Origin: Planctomycetota bacterium | Lineage (GTDB): Bacteria; Planctomycetota; GCA-002687715; CAIWVZ01 | NCBI GenBank assembly: GCA_044222185.1 | Contig: JBGANV010000001.1 | Coordinates: 1,600,001 to 1,664,000, forward strand | Direction: 5' to 3' | DNA length: 64,000 bases | Part shown: piece by piece, positions 1 through 8,589 of the stretch | Position numbering within the stretch: position 1 is the first letter of the stretch | Layout: each line of letters starts with the position of its first letter | Made by a program: the position numbers and the translations under genes | Notes under the pieces: model-generated | The model's database searches: none | Seen by the model: the letters and a program-made list of their open reading frames with translations, nothing else | What the model was told of the DNA's origin: nothing

Positions 1-1730
1 ATCGTGCGCCTCCGCTGCGTCTCCTGGACGGCCGCCTTGATGGAGTCCGTTTCCTGGTCGGCGTAGAGGATGACCCGGCCGGCGACGTTCCGCGCCGCGC
101 GCCCGATCGTCTGGATCAAGGATCGATGGCTTCGCAGGAAACCCTCCTTGTCGGCGTCGAGGACCGCGACGAGTGCAACCTCGGGAAGATCCAGGCCCTC
201 TCGCAGAAGGTTCACGCCAACGAGCGTGTCGAACTCCCCGAGCCGGAGACTCCGCAGGATCGCCATGCGCTCGAGCGTGTCGATGTCCGAGTGCAGGTAC
301 TTCACCTTCAGTCCGAGGTCGCGGAAGTAGGTCGAGAGGTCTTCGGCGAGCCGCTTCGTCAGGCTCGTGACGAGCACGCGGAAGCCCGCCTCGACGGTCT
401 TGCGGATCTCACCGAGAACGTCGTCGACCTGACCGCGCGCAGGGCGGATCTCGACGATCGGGTCGAGCAACCCCGTGGGACGTATGACCTGCTCCGCCGT
501 CACCCCTTCGGACCGGGCCAGGTCCGAGTCGCTCGGAGTCGCCGACACGGCCACGACCTGCTGGATCCTCTTCTCGAATTCATCGGCGGTGAGAGGTCGG
601 TTGTCGACGGCCGAGGGCAACCGGAACCCGTGCTCGACGAGCGTGTCCTTGCGAGCGCGATCCCCGCGGTACATGCCGCCCAGTTGCGGCAGCGTGACGT
701 GGCTCTCGTCGACGAAGACGACGAAGTCATCGGGGAAGTAGTCGATCAACGTTGCGGGGGGTTCGCCCGGCCCCCGACCGTCCAGGTGGCGAGAGTAGTT
801 CTCGATTCCGGGACAGTGGCCGACCTCCGTCAGCAACTCCAGATCCAACCGAGTCCGCATCTCGAGACGCTGCGCCTCCAGGAGCTTCCCGCGCGTACGA
901 AACCACTCCAGGCGTTCCTCGAGTTCGACCTCGATGGACTCGATCGCCTTCTCGAGGCGGTCCTTCGGCGTGACGTAGTGCGAGGACGGGAAGATCGTCA
1001 CGTCATCCGGCTCGGCGAGCACCTCGCCTTTCAGGGAGTCGACCTCGAGAATCGTCTCCACGGAGTCCCCGAAGAACTCGACGCGGATCAACCGGTCGTC
1101 CGCGTAGGCCGGGAAGATCTCCACCAGGTCGCCGCGCGCGCGAAACGTCCCACGCCGCGGCGAGATGTCGTTTCGGCTGTATTGAATCTGCACCAGACGC
1201 CGAAGGAGGTCGTCGCGGTCGAGGTCCTGGCCCTTCTTCACTTCCACGCGCATCTCGCCGTAGGCATCCGGCGAACCGAGTCCGTAGATGCAGGACACGG
1301 ACGCGACGATGATCACGTCCTTTCGGGTGAGGAGCGAATGCGTAGCGGAGTGGCGCATCCGGTCGATGCGGTCGTTGATGCTCGAGTCCTTGGCGATGTA
1401 GGTGTCACTTGCCGGGACGTAGGCCTCGGGCTGGTAGTAGTCGTAGTAGGAGACGAAGTACTCGACCGCGTTGTCCGGGAAGAGGTCCTTCATCTCGGAG
1501 AACAGTTGGGCCGCCAGCGTCTTGTTCGGAGCCAGGATCAACGCCGATCGGTTGGTCGCGGCGATCGTCTTCGCAACCGTGAACGTCTTCCCTGAGCCCG
1601 TCACGCCGAGGAACGTCGAGTACCGCTTGCCCGAACCGAGCGCGGTCACGAGGTCCCCGATCGCCTTCGGCTGATCGCCGCACGGCTGGAACGCCGTCTC
1701 CAAACGGAACGGTCTGGTGAGGCCGGTCAT
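1..1730 (-). CDS. uvrB: Excinuclease ABC subunit B (3' end runs off the window)
   Basis: Not in the ORF track because it has no stop in the window. Minus-strand translation from ATG 1730 gives [24 protein letters not shown]...[11 protein letters not shown] (Walker A)...NKTLAAQL...[13 protein letters not shown], and later IDESH and SATPG, all UvrB hallmarks. Confidence 0.97.
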   Translation of the reverse strand, partial: MTGLTRPFRLETAFQPCGDQPKAIGDLVTALGSGKRYSTFLGVTGSGKTFTVAKTIAATNRSALILAPNKTLAAQLFSEMKDLFPDNAVEYFVSYYDYYQPEAYVPASDTYIAKDSSINDRIDRMRHSATHSLLTRKDVIIVASVSCIYGLGSPDAYGEMRVEVKKGQDLDRDDLLRRLVQIQYSRNDISPRRGTFRARGDLVEIFPAYADDRLIRVEFFGDSVETILEVDSLKGEVLAEPDDVTIFPSSHYVTPKDRLEKAIESIEVELEERLEWFRTRGKLLEAQRLEMRTRLDLELLTEVGHCPGIENYSRHLDGRGPGEPPATLIDYFPDDFVVFVDESHVTLPQLGGMYRGDRARKDTLVEHGFRLPSAVDNRPLTADEFEKRIQQVVAVSATPSDSDLARSEGVTAEQVIRPTGLLDPIVEIRPARGQVDDVLGEIRKTVEAGFRVLVTSLTKRLAEDLSTYFRDLGLKVKYLHSDIDTLERMAILRSLRLGEFDTLVGVNLLREGLDLPEVALVAVLDADKEGFLRSHRSLIQTIGRAARNVAGRVILYADQETDSIKAAVQETQRRRT

Positions 1731-1865
1731 GGTGGATCTGTCGCGCCGCATCGGATCGCCCGCGAAGGGAGGGCCCGGCGGCGGCAGGCCAGAAAATTAG
1801 CACGGCCGTCCGACAGGGATGCCGGACGGCCGTCGTGGTGCTCCATCAGGACGGAGCGGAGTTCC

Positions 1866-4046
1866 TCAGCGAGTTTCAGGCCCGCCGAGGAATCGACGCT
1901 CCGCGGCCTGGAGCAGGAGCTTGAGCTGCGGGTCGTCGCCGGCGACCTCTTTCAGCAACGCGAACTCGTTTCGCGCGCCGAAGTCATTCCCCGTCTTCAG
2001 GTAGATGAACCCGAGCACGAAGCGCGCCGAGCCCTCGTTGGGGTTCCGGACGATCAACCGCTCTATCCTAGATTGGGCCTCGCGGAACGCGCCGGCATCT
2101 CCGAACGTCGAGACGACGTCATCCGACGTCGTGGCGACGTCCGGATTGCGAACGAGCACCTCGTGGATCGCGACGCTCGCCAGGTCGAACCGCTCGGCAG
2201 CGAAGAGCGCAACCGCCAACGAGACGCCTGCGGTGCGGTCCGCCGGGCTGAGCAGCCACGCGCGCCGCCAGGCCTCCGCCGCTTCCAGGTACTGCCCGGA
2301 TCGCATGGCAGAGGCACCGCGCGACCCGTATTCGGACGCTCCGAGCGTATCCGGGAATCCGCTCACGAGCGGGGCGCGGAGTTCCGCGGGAACCGCGACG
2401 GTTCGAAGTGGAATGATCTCCGGCCGCGCTGCCGAGTCGGACCCCGCAGGCTCCACGGCCGGTGCGGCCTTCGCCGGCACCTCGTCCTCGAACTCGACGT
2501 AAGGATCGCTGGTGTCCGCGTAGTCCGCGGAGACGACATCGGCGTGGTAGACGGTCGAGTAGACCGGGTAGTAGCTCACCGTCGAGTAGTAGTAGTAGGG
2601 GTAGTAGCGATAGGTCCGGTAGTAGGGGTACCAGCAGTCGCTGTAGTAGGTCGGGTAGTAGCTGTAGCCGAAGCCGAAGGAGAACCGCCAGCCGGAGGAG
2701 CGGTACCCGAACCCGAATCCCGGGTAGGCGTAACCGCAGTAGGTCGAGTAGGGCCAATGGAACGGCGCCCACAGCGCGTAACCGTACCAGTAGGGGTAGC
2801 AGCTGTAGGGGTAGTACCCGCCGAACGCGGAGTAGGTGTAGGGGTAGCAGCCGAACCCGCCGCCGAACCAGAACGACCCGTGGAACCGCCAGCGGTCGTG
2901 GTGACCGTGATGACCACCTCCGCCCCACCGCGCGTCGGCGCCGAAGCCGGACCCACCCGAATACACGCCTGCCGCGAAGGACGACCGCTCCAACGACGAA
3001 TCGGTTCCCTGCGGAGTCAGGTTGAGCGCACGGGTGCCAACGGACTTGGTTCCAGCGGGGTTGTCGGCGGCCGCGCCTCCGCCCGCGACAGGCGTGAGCC
3101 GACCCGGGGCCGTGACACGTGCGCCGTCACTCCCGTGACCGAGGGCCACGCCCGGACGTCCCGAGAACTTGGAGGAGCCGCTCGCGGCAGGTTCCGTCGC
3201 CCCGGTGCCGCGACCCGGTCGCGCGAGGTTGGTCGGGAGCCGAGACACCGAAGTCGTCGGAGAGTTCGCTCCCGGATCGATCGTTGGGGTGACGCGCCCG
3301 GCGTTCCCATTCCCCGGATAGCGACCGGCCGGCGCAGTCAACCCAGGCTGGCTGCCCGTCCGCCCCACACCCGCCGATCCCCCGTCGGCTGGCGCGAGCT
3401 TCGGAATCCGGGACGAACCGGCGTTCCAGCCAGTCCCGTCATGGTTCCGTGGCACGGAGGGGGGCCGGCTTGCACCGGTTCCGCCATTCGTCCGGTTGTC
3501 GATCCCACCGCGTCCGCCGGCCACACCCGAGGGGCCGTCGATTCCGACGCTGCGACCGCTTCGGACTCCACCACCGCTCCCGCCAAAGGTCTCACCCCTC
3601 GGCTGGGCCGCACGCGAAGGTGGATCGAACGATGGCGCGGCGCTTCGGCTTCCGCCCCAACGGGGCGCCGCTCCACCGCTGTCCGGAGCCGCCGATCTCG
3701 CACCGCCGCCGGAAGTCGAGGGAACCGGTGATGGAGAGAACGTCCGTGGCGCGGGCGCCGAGGGCGCGATGGATGGGCCGGGGTTGGAGAAGCCGCGCGA
3801 GGGTGCGCCCCCGAACGAGCGCGGGCCGGAGACCGGCGGCGCCGAGGGCGCTGATGGCGCGGGCGCGGACCGAACGCCGCCGCCCCCCATGGACGGGCCC
3901 GGTTGCGAACCGCCGCCGAAGCTTGGCTTGGCCACTGGGGCTCCGCCGCCGCCGATCCCCTGCGGCATTCCGTTCCCCTTCTGCGCCGAGGCGAGTCCCA
4001 TGCTGACGGCGACAACGGCGACGAGTCTCAGAAGCTGGTTGGACAT
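1866..4046 (-). CDS. Exported protein with Gly/Pro/Ser low-complexity region, Tyr/aromatic-rich tract and C-terminal TPR domain
   Basis: ORF 1866..4124, with start moved to MSNQLL (GAGGG upstream, signal peptide ending ASA|Q). C-terminal TPR-like helices (GQYLEAAEAWRRA; ARFVLGFIYLKTG). Confidence 0.8.
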   Translation of the reverse strand: MSNQLLRLVAVVAVSMGLASAQKGNGMPQGIGGGGAPVAKPSFGGGSQPGPSMGGGGVRSAPAPSAPSAPPVSGPRSFGGAPSRGFSNPGPSIAPSAPAPRTFSPSPVPSTSGGGARSAAPDSGGAAPRWGGSRSAAPSFDPPSRAAQPRGETFGGSGGGVRSGRSVGIDGPSGVAGGRGGIDNRTNGGTGASRPPSVPRNHDGTGWNAGSSRIPKLAPADGGSAGVGRTGSQPGLTAPAGRYPGNGNAGRVTPTIDPGANSPTTSVSRLPTNLARPGRGTGATEPAASGSSKFSGRPGVALGHGSDGARVTAPGRLTPVAGGGAAADNPAGTKSVGTRALNLTPQGTDSSLERSSFAAGVYSGGSGFGADARWGGGGHHGHHDRWRFHGSFWFGGGFGCYPYTYSAFGGYYPYSCYPYWYGYALWAPFHWPYSTYCGYAYPGFGFGYRSSGWRFSFGFGYSYYPTYYSDCWYPYYRTYRYYPYYYYSTVSYYPVYSTVYHADVVSADYADTSDPYVEFEDEVPAKAAPAVEPAGSDSAARPEIIPLRTVAVPAELRAPLVSGFPDTLGASEYGSRGASAMRSGQYLEAAEAWRRAWLLSPADRTAGVSLAVALFAAERFDLASVAIHEVLVRNPDVATTSDDVVSTFGDAGAFREAQSRIERLIVRNPNEGSARFVLGFIYLKTGNDFGARNEFALLKEVAGDDPQLKLLLQAAERRFLGGPETR

Positions 4047-4348
4047 GGTCTTGCCCTCAAACGCGGCTGCGACGGACGCCCGGATGATACAGGAGCGGGG
4101 CCGGCAGCCACCATTTGGCAGCAATCCTCACGCCGCTCGACGTCCCACGGGAAAAATCGAGCCGCCGGACGGCCGCGTGCGGGTCGGAGGATGGAATTCT
4201 CGATCCCGGCTGCGTTCAGGATGACGGCCTGCGGCCGAGCCTCCCCTGATTGCCGGCGCGCGTCAGATGCTCGTCGTCCTCATTCCGGTACCCCCGTGTC
4301 CAACGCCGTGGACAGGATCGCTGACCCTGGGTGTCCGGTCCGAGGAAC

Positions 4349-4388
4349 AAAAAAAAACGGGCTGGCTCCGAGGAGCCAACCCGCTTTT
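4349..4388 (-). terminator. Rho-independent terminator of the porin-like gene
   Basis: GC-rich hairpin (cgggctggctcc...ggagccaacccg) next to an A9 run, which is a U tract on the minus strand. It lies about 25 nt after the stop at 4413. Confidence 0.85.
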
Positions 4389-4412
4389 CAGGACAGTTTT
4401 GCTGTCGCTAGA

Positions 4413-6014
4413 TCAGAACCAGAGGCGCGCCTGGACGTAGCCCAGGAACTGGGTGCCGTCGTCGACGTTCCACATGAACTGGCCCTGGTCATCCGCCCAG
4501 AGGAGGGCAACGCCCGCGCCGAACGTGAGGTGCTCGCTGTAGCGGTACTCGCCCCACAGGTCGACTTCCCAACCGTAGTCGCTGTCGTCGCCGTTGGCGG
4601 AGACAACGTTGTTGGAGCCTTCCTCGTCCGCGCCGGCCCAGAGGCCGGTGAGTCCGAGGGTCCAGTTGTCGGCCGGATCGAAGTGCAGGCCGAGCTGAAC
4701 GCTCCAAACGTTCGACATCGGGATCAGGTCGAACAGGCCGTAACGCGCGCGGAAAGCCGCCGTGTTGCTGTGCCGGTTCGGGAAGAGCGAGAGGTATCCG
4801 ACGTCGTTGTCATCCGGGCCCTCGGCGAAGAGGAAGCGGCTGTAGACGCGGAACTTGCTCGACGAGCTGAAGGTCAGACCAACCTCGGCCTCAACCGCGA
4901 ACGCATCGACGTCCGCGTTGCCACCGAAGAAGCCGTGAACGTCACCGAACTGGTACGACGCTTCGACGTTGTAGTCGAGGCCCGCCGCCACGTCGAACGT
5001 GCCGCCGATGCGGGCGCCGAGCGTGTGGAAGTAGGCCGACGAGCCCGGGTAGAGGAACCCGGTCACGCCACCGCCGCCGAGGTCGTTGTTGTTGCCAAAG
5101 CCAGCGTTGGCGCCGCTGTTGAGCGACGAGCCGCCGTGGCCGTTGACGTAGAGCCAGTAGAGGTCGATCGTGTGGTTCTTGATCGACTTCAGCGTGAAGT
5201 ACAAGCCGTAAAGCTCGTCGTCATCGTGGCTGTTGTTGAACGCGGACGTCTGGTCGAAGTCGCCGCTGCCGTCGGAGCTCGAGAGCTTGAGGGCGAGACC
5301 CGTGAGGGAGAAGCCCGTGCACTCCCAGTCCCAACGCGCGCCGTCGAAGACGACGCCGTCGTACCAGTCGGCGTTGCCGAACTGGAACTGGTTGCCAAGA
5401 ACGATCTCCTGGCGGCCGACCTTGCTGGAGAACTCGGAACGTCCGAAGAGGTTCCCGACCTTCAGCCAGCCCTGGTACAGGTTGACGTCGGTGTTGCCAC
5501 CGAACTCGACGGCCGAGATCGGGCCTTCCGAGTTGTCACCCAACGCCCAAGCCGTCTGGAGCTCGGCGAACGCCGAAACGTCCTTGGTGAAGTTGTAGAG
5601 GAAGTTGATGCGCACCCGCGCGTCGGTGTAGGTCCCGTCGTGCTCGGTCGTGCCGTTGTTGGTGCCGTCGCCGCCATTGAAGCCCTCGCTGTCGCCGAGG
5701 GTGTACGTGTTCCGGAAACGGAACTCGCCGCCCATGGTGATCTGGCTGGCCTTCGAGTTGACCGACGTCGCAGCCGCGAGGCGCTCGGTGAGGCGGTTGA
5801 CCTCGGTCTCGAGCGTGTCGGACTGGACCGCATCCTGCTGCGACTTCAGCTCGGCGTTCTCCTTGATCACGGCATCCATCTTCTGGGTGAGTGCCGAGAT
5901 CTGGGCCTTCTGCTGGTCGAGCTCCTTCTTCAACTGTTCCGGGGTCTGTCCGAAGGTCGCTGACGCCGTGAGGGCGAGCGCCATCAGCGCAAACGCTGGT
6001 TTCCAACGATTCAT
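4413..6014 (-). CDS. Outer-membrane beta-barrel, alginate export (AlgE-like) family, with N-terminal coiled coil
   Basis: Signal peptide MNRWK...ATFG|Q, then a coiled coil. Motif KVGRQEIVLGNQFQFGNADW...FDGAR, amphipathic strands and a C-terminal YVQARLWF (BAM-type signal). Strong GGAGG RBS. Confidence 0.8.
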   Translation of the reverse strand: MNRWKPAFALMALALTASATFGQTPEQLKKELDQQKAQISALTQKMDAVIKENAELKSQQDAVQSDTLETEVNRLTERLAAATSVNSKASQITMGGEFRFRNTYTLGDSEGFNGGDGTNNGTTEHDGTYTDARVRINFLYNFTKDVSAFAELQTAWALGDNSEGPISAVEFGGNTDVNLYQGWLKVGNLFGRSEFSSKVGRQEIVLGNQFQFGNADWYDGVVFDGARWDWECTGFSLTGLALKLSSSDGSGDFDQTSAFNNSHDDDELYGLYFTLKSIKNHTIDLYWLYVNGHGGSSLNSGANAGFGNNNDLGGGGVTGFLYPGSSAYFHTLGARIGGTFDVAAGLDYNVEASYQFGDVHGFFGGNADVDAFAVEAEVGLTFSSSSKFRVYSRFLFAEGPDDNDVGYLSLFPNRHSNTAAFRARYGLFDLIPMSNVWSVQLGLHFDPADNWTLGLTGLWAGADEEGSNNVVSANGDDSDYGWEVDLWGEYRYSEHLTFGAGVALLWADDQGQFMWNVDDGTQFLGYVQARLWF

Positions 6015-6174
6015 CTGTTTCCTAACCTCCTCCAAGTTTTCGACGCGAGAGAACTCACCCGATACCTTCTATTAACCAGATGAAGCTCTCGATCGCTGAC
6101 GGCCAGGCTGGAGCGCGGCGACACACAGGTGCCACCATCGTCCTAAACCCAACCGCCCCGGCTCGATGGGCGGC

Positions 6175-6203
6175 ACTATGTCCCATGGTCTCGGCGCAGT
6201 CAA
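6175..6203 (-). promoter_or_regulatory. Sigma70-type promoter of the porin-like gene
   Basis: Minus strand TTGACT-N17-CATAGT, giving a 5' UTR of about 155 nt. Confidence 0.6.
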
Positions 6204-6396
6204 CGGGTGGACCCCAAAAAAACTCGCCGCCCGTATCACAAAAGGCACACGCTCCGGACGTCTCCGCCCGGAGGCTTGAGCTGCACGTCTCGAGGCTTTT
6301 TTCAGGCGAAACTCTTCGTTTCAGTGCCTGTTGGCGGCACGCCTCAGAAAACCACCGGGTATCTACAAAAAGTACGGAAATAACCCCGGCGGCGGG

Positions 6397-6627
6397 TCAC
6401 GGACCGTCGTGGATCACCTCGACCTTGACCCGTTGAGAACGCAGGAACCCCACGGCCTTCTCGATCTCGTCGGCCTCGCCGTCGAGCTCGACAGCCATCA
6501 TCCCCATCTGCTCGGTGATCGTCGCTCCCTTGATGTTCGGGATCACCTTGAAGTCACGACCGAGGACGTAGAGCAGCGGGTCGTTGAGAACCTGCTGGGG
6601 AAAAGTGAGGAACAGCTTCTGCTTCAT
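6397..6627 (-). CDS. Stand-alone NIL domain protein
   Basis: MKQKLFLTFP...PLLYVLGRDFKVIPNIKGATI...GMMAVELDG..EIEKAVGFLRSQRVKVE fits the NIL pattern. ATGA overlap with the upstream gene. Confidence 0.85.
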   Translation of the reverse strand: MKQKLFLTFPQQVLNDPLLYVLGRDFKVIPNIKGATITEQMGMMAVELDGEADEIEKAVGFLRSQRVKVEVIHDGP

Positions 6628-7271
6628 GACGCGTTCCGTTTCGTGCGCGCACGCGTCGCGAACCACGCGAGCACGCTCGTCAACGATGCAACGAACAACA
6701 CGATGCTGGGAATCGTGTACGCCTCCGACGCTGGAGGGTAAACGAAGTAGAGAGAACCGATGCGCGGGTAGAGCATCGGCCCGCGGATCCAGTCTATTCC
6801 GAGAGCCCCCGCGTACACGTGCGCAAGAGGATTCGCGGCAAGCGCAATGGCAGGCACGGAGTCAGCGTCTCGAGCAACACCCCAGAGGGTACCGAGCATC
6901 GCGAGAGTCGTGAGAGTCGCCGCGGCCGTCGCTCCACCTCGATGGCCTCGAATTGCGAGCGGCGCTGCAACCACGAGGCTCATCGCGGCCCCCCCTACGA
7001 GCGCCGCCGCGAGGTGGGCGAATCCGCCTCCGTCGCCGCCGACACCGGCACACCCGAGACATCCGGCGCCAATGATGATTGCGGCTCCCCCGAGCGCAGT
7101 CCGCAGCCGCCAGGTGAGAAACGTCGGGACCACGAGGAGACACGTGGCCACCGTGATCGCGTAGACATTTCCGGCAACGAGCCGCGGGGCACCGGCGCAC
7201 GATCGGGCCCAGCCATTGGCGGCGCCGACGAGGCCGACCGCTGCAAGCACATGCGCGGCAGCGGGGTTCAA
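6624..7271 (-). CDS. Polytopic membrane protein (ABC-2 permease-like, uncertain)
   Basis: ORF 6624..7337 has several hydrophobic segments. Probable TTG start overlaps the upstream TGA. Confidence 0.6.
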   Translation of the reverse strand: MNPAAAHVLAAVGLVGAANGWARSCAGAPRLVAGNVYAITVATCLLVVPTFLTWRLRTALGGAAIIIGAGCLGCAGVGGDGGGFAHLAAALVGGAAMSLVVAAPLAIRGHRGGATAAATLTTLAMLGTLWGVARDADSVPAIALAANPLAHVYAGALGIDWIRGPMLYPRIGSLYFVYPPASEAYTIPSIVLFVASLTSVLAWFATRARTKRNAS

Positions 7272-8506
7272 CGAAGGCACGAATCCAGGGCCAGGAGCGC
7301 CATCGGTGTCGCGAGAACCGGCGCGTTTTCCCACCAACGCCCGTTGCGGTCGTTGGTCCAGCTTCCATCCGGACGCTGCAAAGCCACCACCTGCGTCGCG
7401 AGGTCCTTCTGCCAGGCGCGCGGCGCGCCCTTCTCGTCCGTGACGAAGTCGGCCCCCGTGGCGGGAAGCGCCCGAGCCATCGTGACGTAGTAGTAGAACA
7501 GCCCGGCGTAGCGGGATTCAGGCTTCTCGCCGAACTCCATGCCAGGGTTGAAATCGACCCGGTAGTTCTTCGAGAGCCACTCCCCCAGGGCGCGAACGCG
7601 TGGGTCCTTCCGGTCCAAGTTGCAGAAGATGTAGCTCTTCAACAGGCAGTAGGACATGCTCCCGTACGACCGCCGGACCTTGCGACCGTCGGGGGTCGTG
7701 ACGAAGCCGGCCTTGGAGTCCTTCTCCGCCAGCGTCGGCGAGTAGAACCCGCCACCATCGTTCCCGATGCCGATCTCCGGGTCCTTCAAATCGTTGGACT
7801 CGCTGCGGTTCTGGCACCGCTGGAGATACACACTCACCTTCTTGAAGAACGGGTCGTCGGCGGGCATCCCAGCCTCGTGTGCAGCCTCGACGGCGAACTG
7901 GGTGTTGGACAGGTCGGCCGTGCCTCCGTCCTCGTAGCCGACGCCACCGTAGAACCGGTTGCTGGGATCGATGTTCTCGCCCTCATCCGATTGCACGACG
8001 CGAAGGAAGCCCAACGCCTTGTCGAGAACGGGTTTCCACTTGGGATTCCCGGTCTTCGCAAGGGCGAGCATGGATGTCGCGGTGTTGTAGGTCGCGAGCT
8101 GTCCGCCGTGAATCGAACCGTCCGGTTTCTGCATCGACGCGAGCCATTCGATGCCCTTGCTGATGAACTCGCCGTCCTTCTCGCGGTAGGCGGCCGGGGA
8201 TTCCATGATCGCCAGCAGGCACAGGGCGGTGACGCCGACCTCTGGTTTTCCGGGCGCGACGGCCCACGTTCCGTCCTTGGACTGAACGCTGCGAAGGAAA
8301 GCCACCGCCTTCTCGGCTGACGCCTTTGCGGCGTCCTTCCAATTCGCGGCGGCCGATGCCGCGCGGGAATCCTGCGGCTTCGCGCCGTCGCCCGCCTGCG
8401 GTGTCGCGGCGGTGGTGGATCCCGCCTTCGAGCCGTCGCCGCATGCCGTGAGGGCAGCGCAAAAAAGAACTCCGAGGACGATCAAGCCGCTTGCTGCTCG
8501 AAGCAT
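7268..8506 (-). CDS. Prenyltransferase/squalene-oxidase repeat (terpene cyclase-like alpha-alpha barrel) lipoprotein
   Basis: Lipobox ALTA-C, QW-type repeats (FLRSVQSKDGTW, WLASMQKPDGS, LQRPDGSW), and DLSNT and YGSMSY motifs typical of planctomycete members. Confidence 0.85.
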   Translation of the reverse strand: MLRAASGLIVLGVLFCAALTACGDGSKAGSTTAATPQAGDGAKPQDSRAASAAANWKDAAKASAEKAVAFLRSVQSKDGTWAVAPGKPEVGVTALCLLAIMESPAAYREKDGEFISKGIEWLASMQKPDGSIHGGQLATYNTATSMLALAKTGNPKWKPVLDKALGFLRVVQSDEGENIDPSNRFYGGVGYEDGGTADLSNTQFAVEAAHEAGMPADDPFFKKVSVYLQRCQNRSESNDLKDPEIGIGNDGGGFYSPTLAEKDSKAGFVTTPDGRKVRRSYGSMSYCLLKSYIFCNLDRKDPRVRALGEWLSKNYRVDFNPGMEFGEKPESRYAGLFYYYVTMARALPATGADFVTDEKGAPRAWQKDLATQVVALQRPDGSWTNDRNGRWWENAPVLATPMALLALDSCLR

Positions 8507-8589
8507 GTTTTCAAACCTCGTGTCTCGTCGCCCCCCGCCGCGATGCGTCGACCCGGCGTCGTCGCTCGGCTGGCGGGTGCTGTCACCGA

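Noticed and set aside
126-1595. 489-aa plus-strand ORF
   Set aside because: Antisense shadow of uvrB. Long reverse-frame ORFs are expected at this GC and codon bias.
2544-2860. Dense GTAG/GTAGTAG repeats resembling a repeat array or CRISPR
   Set aside because: Explained by TAC (Tyr) codons on the minus strand. There is no repeat-spacer periodicity and no cas genes.
7268-8506. Bona fide squalene-hopene cyclase
   Set aside because: It is about 412 aa with a single barrel and a lipoprotein signal, and I see no DxDD catalytic motif.
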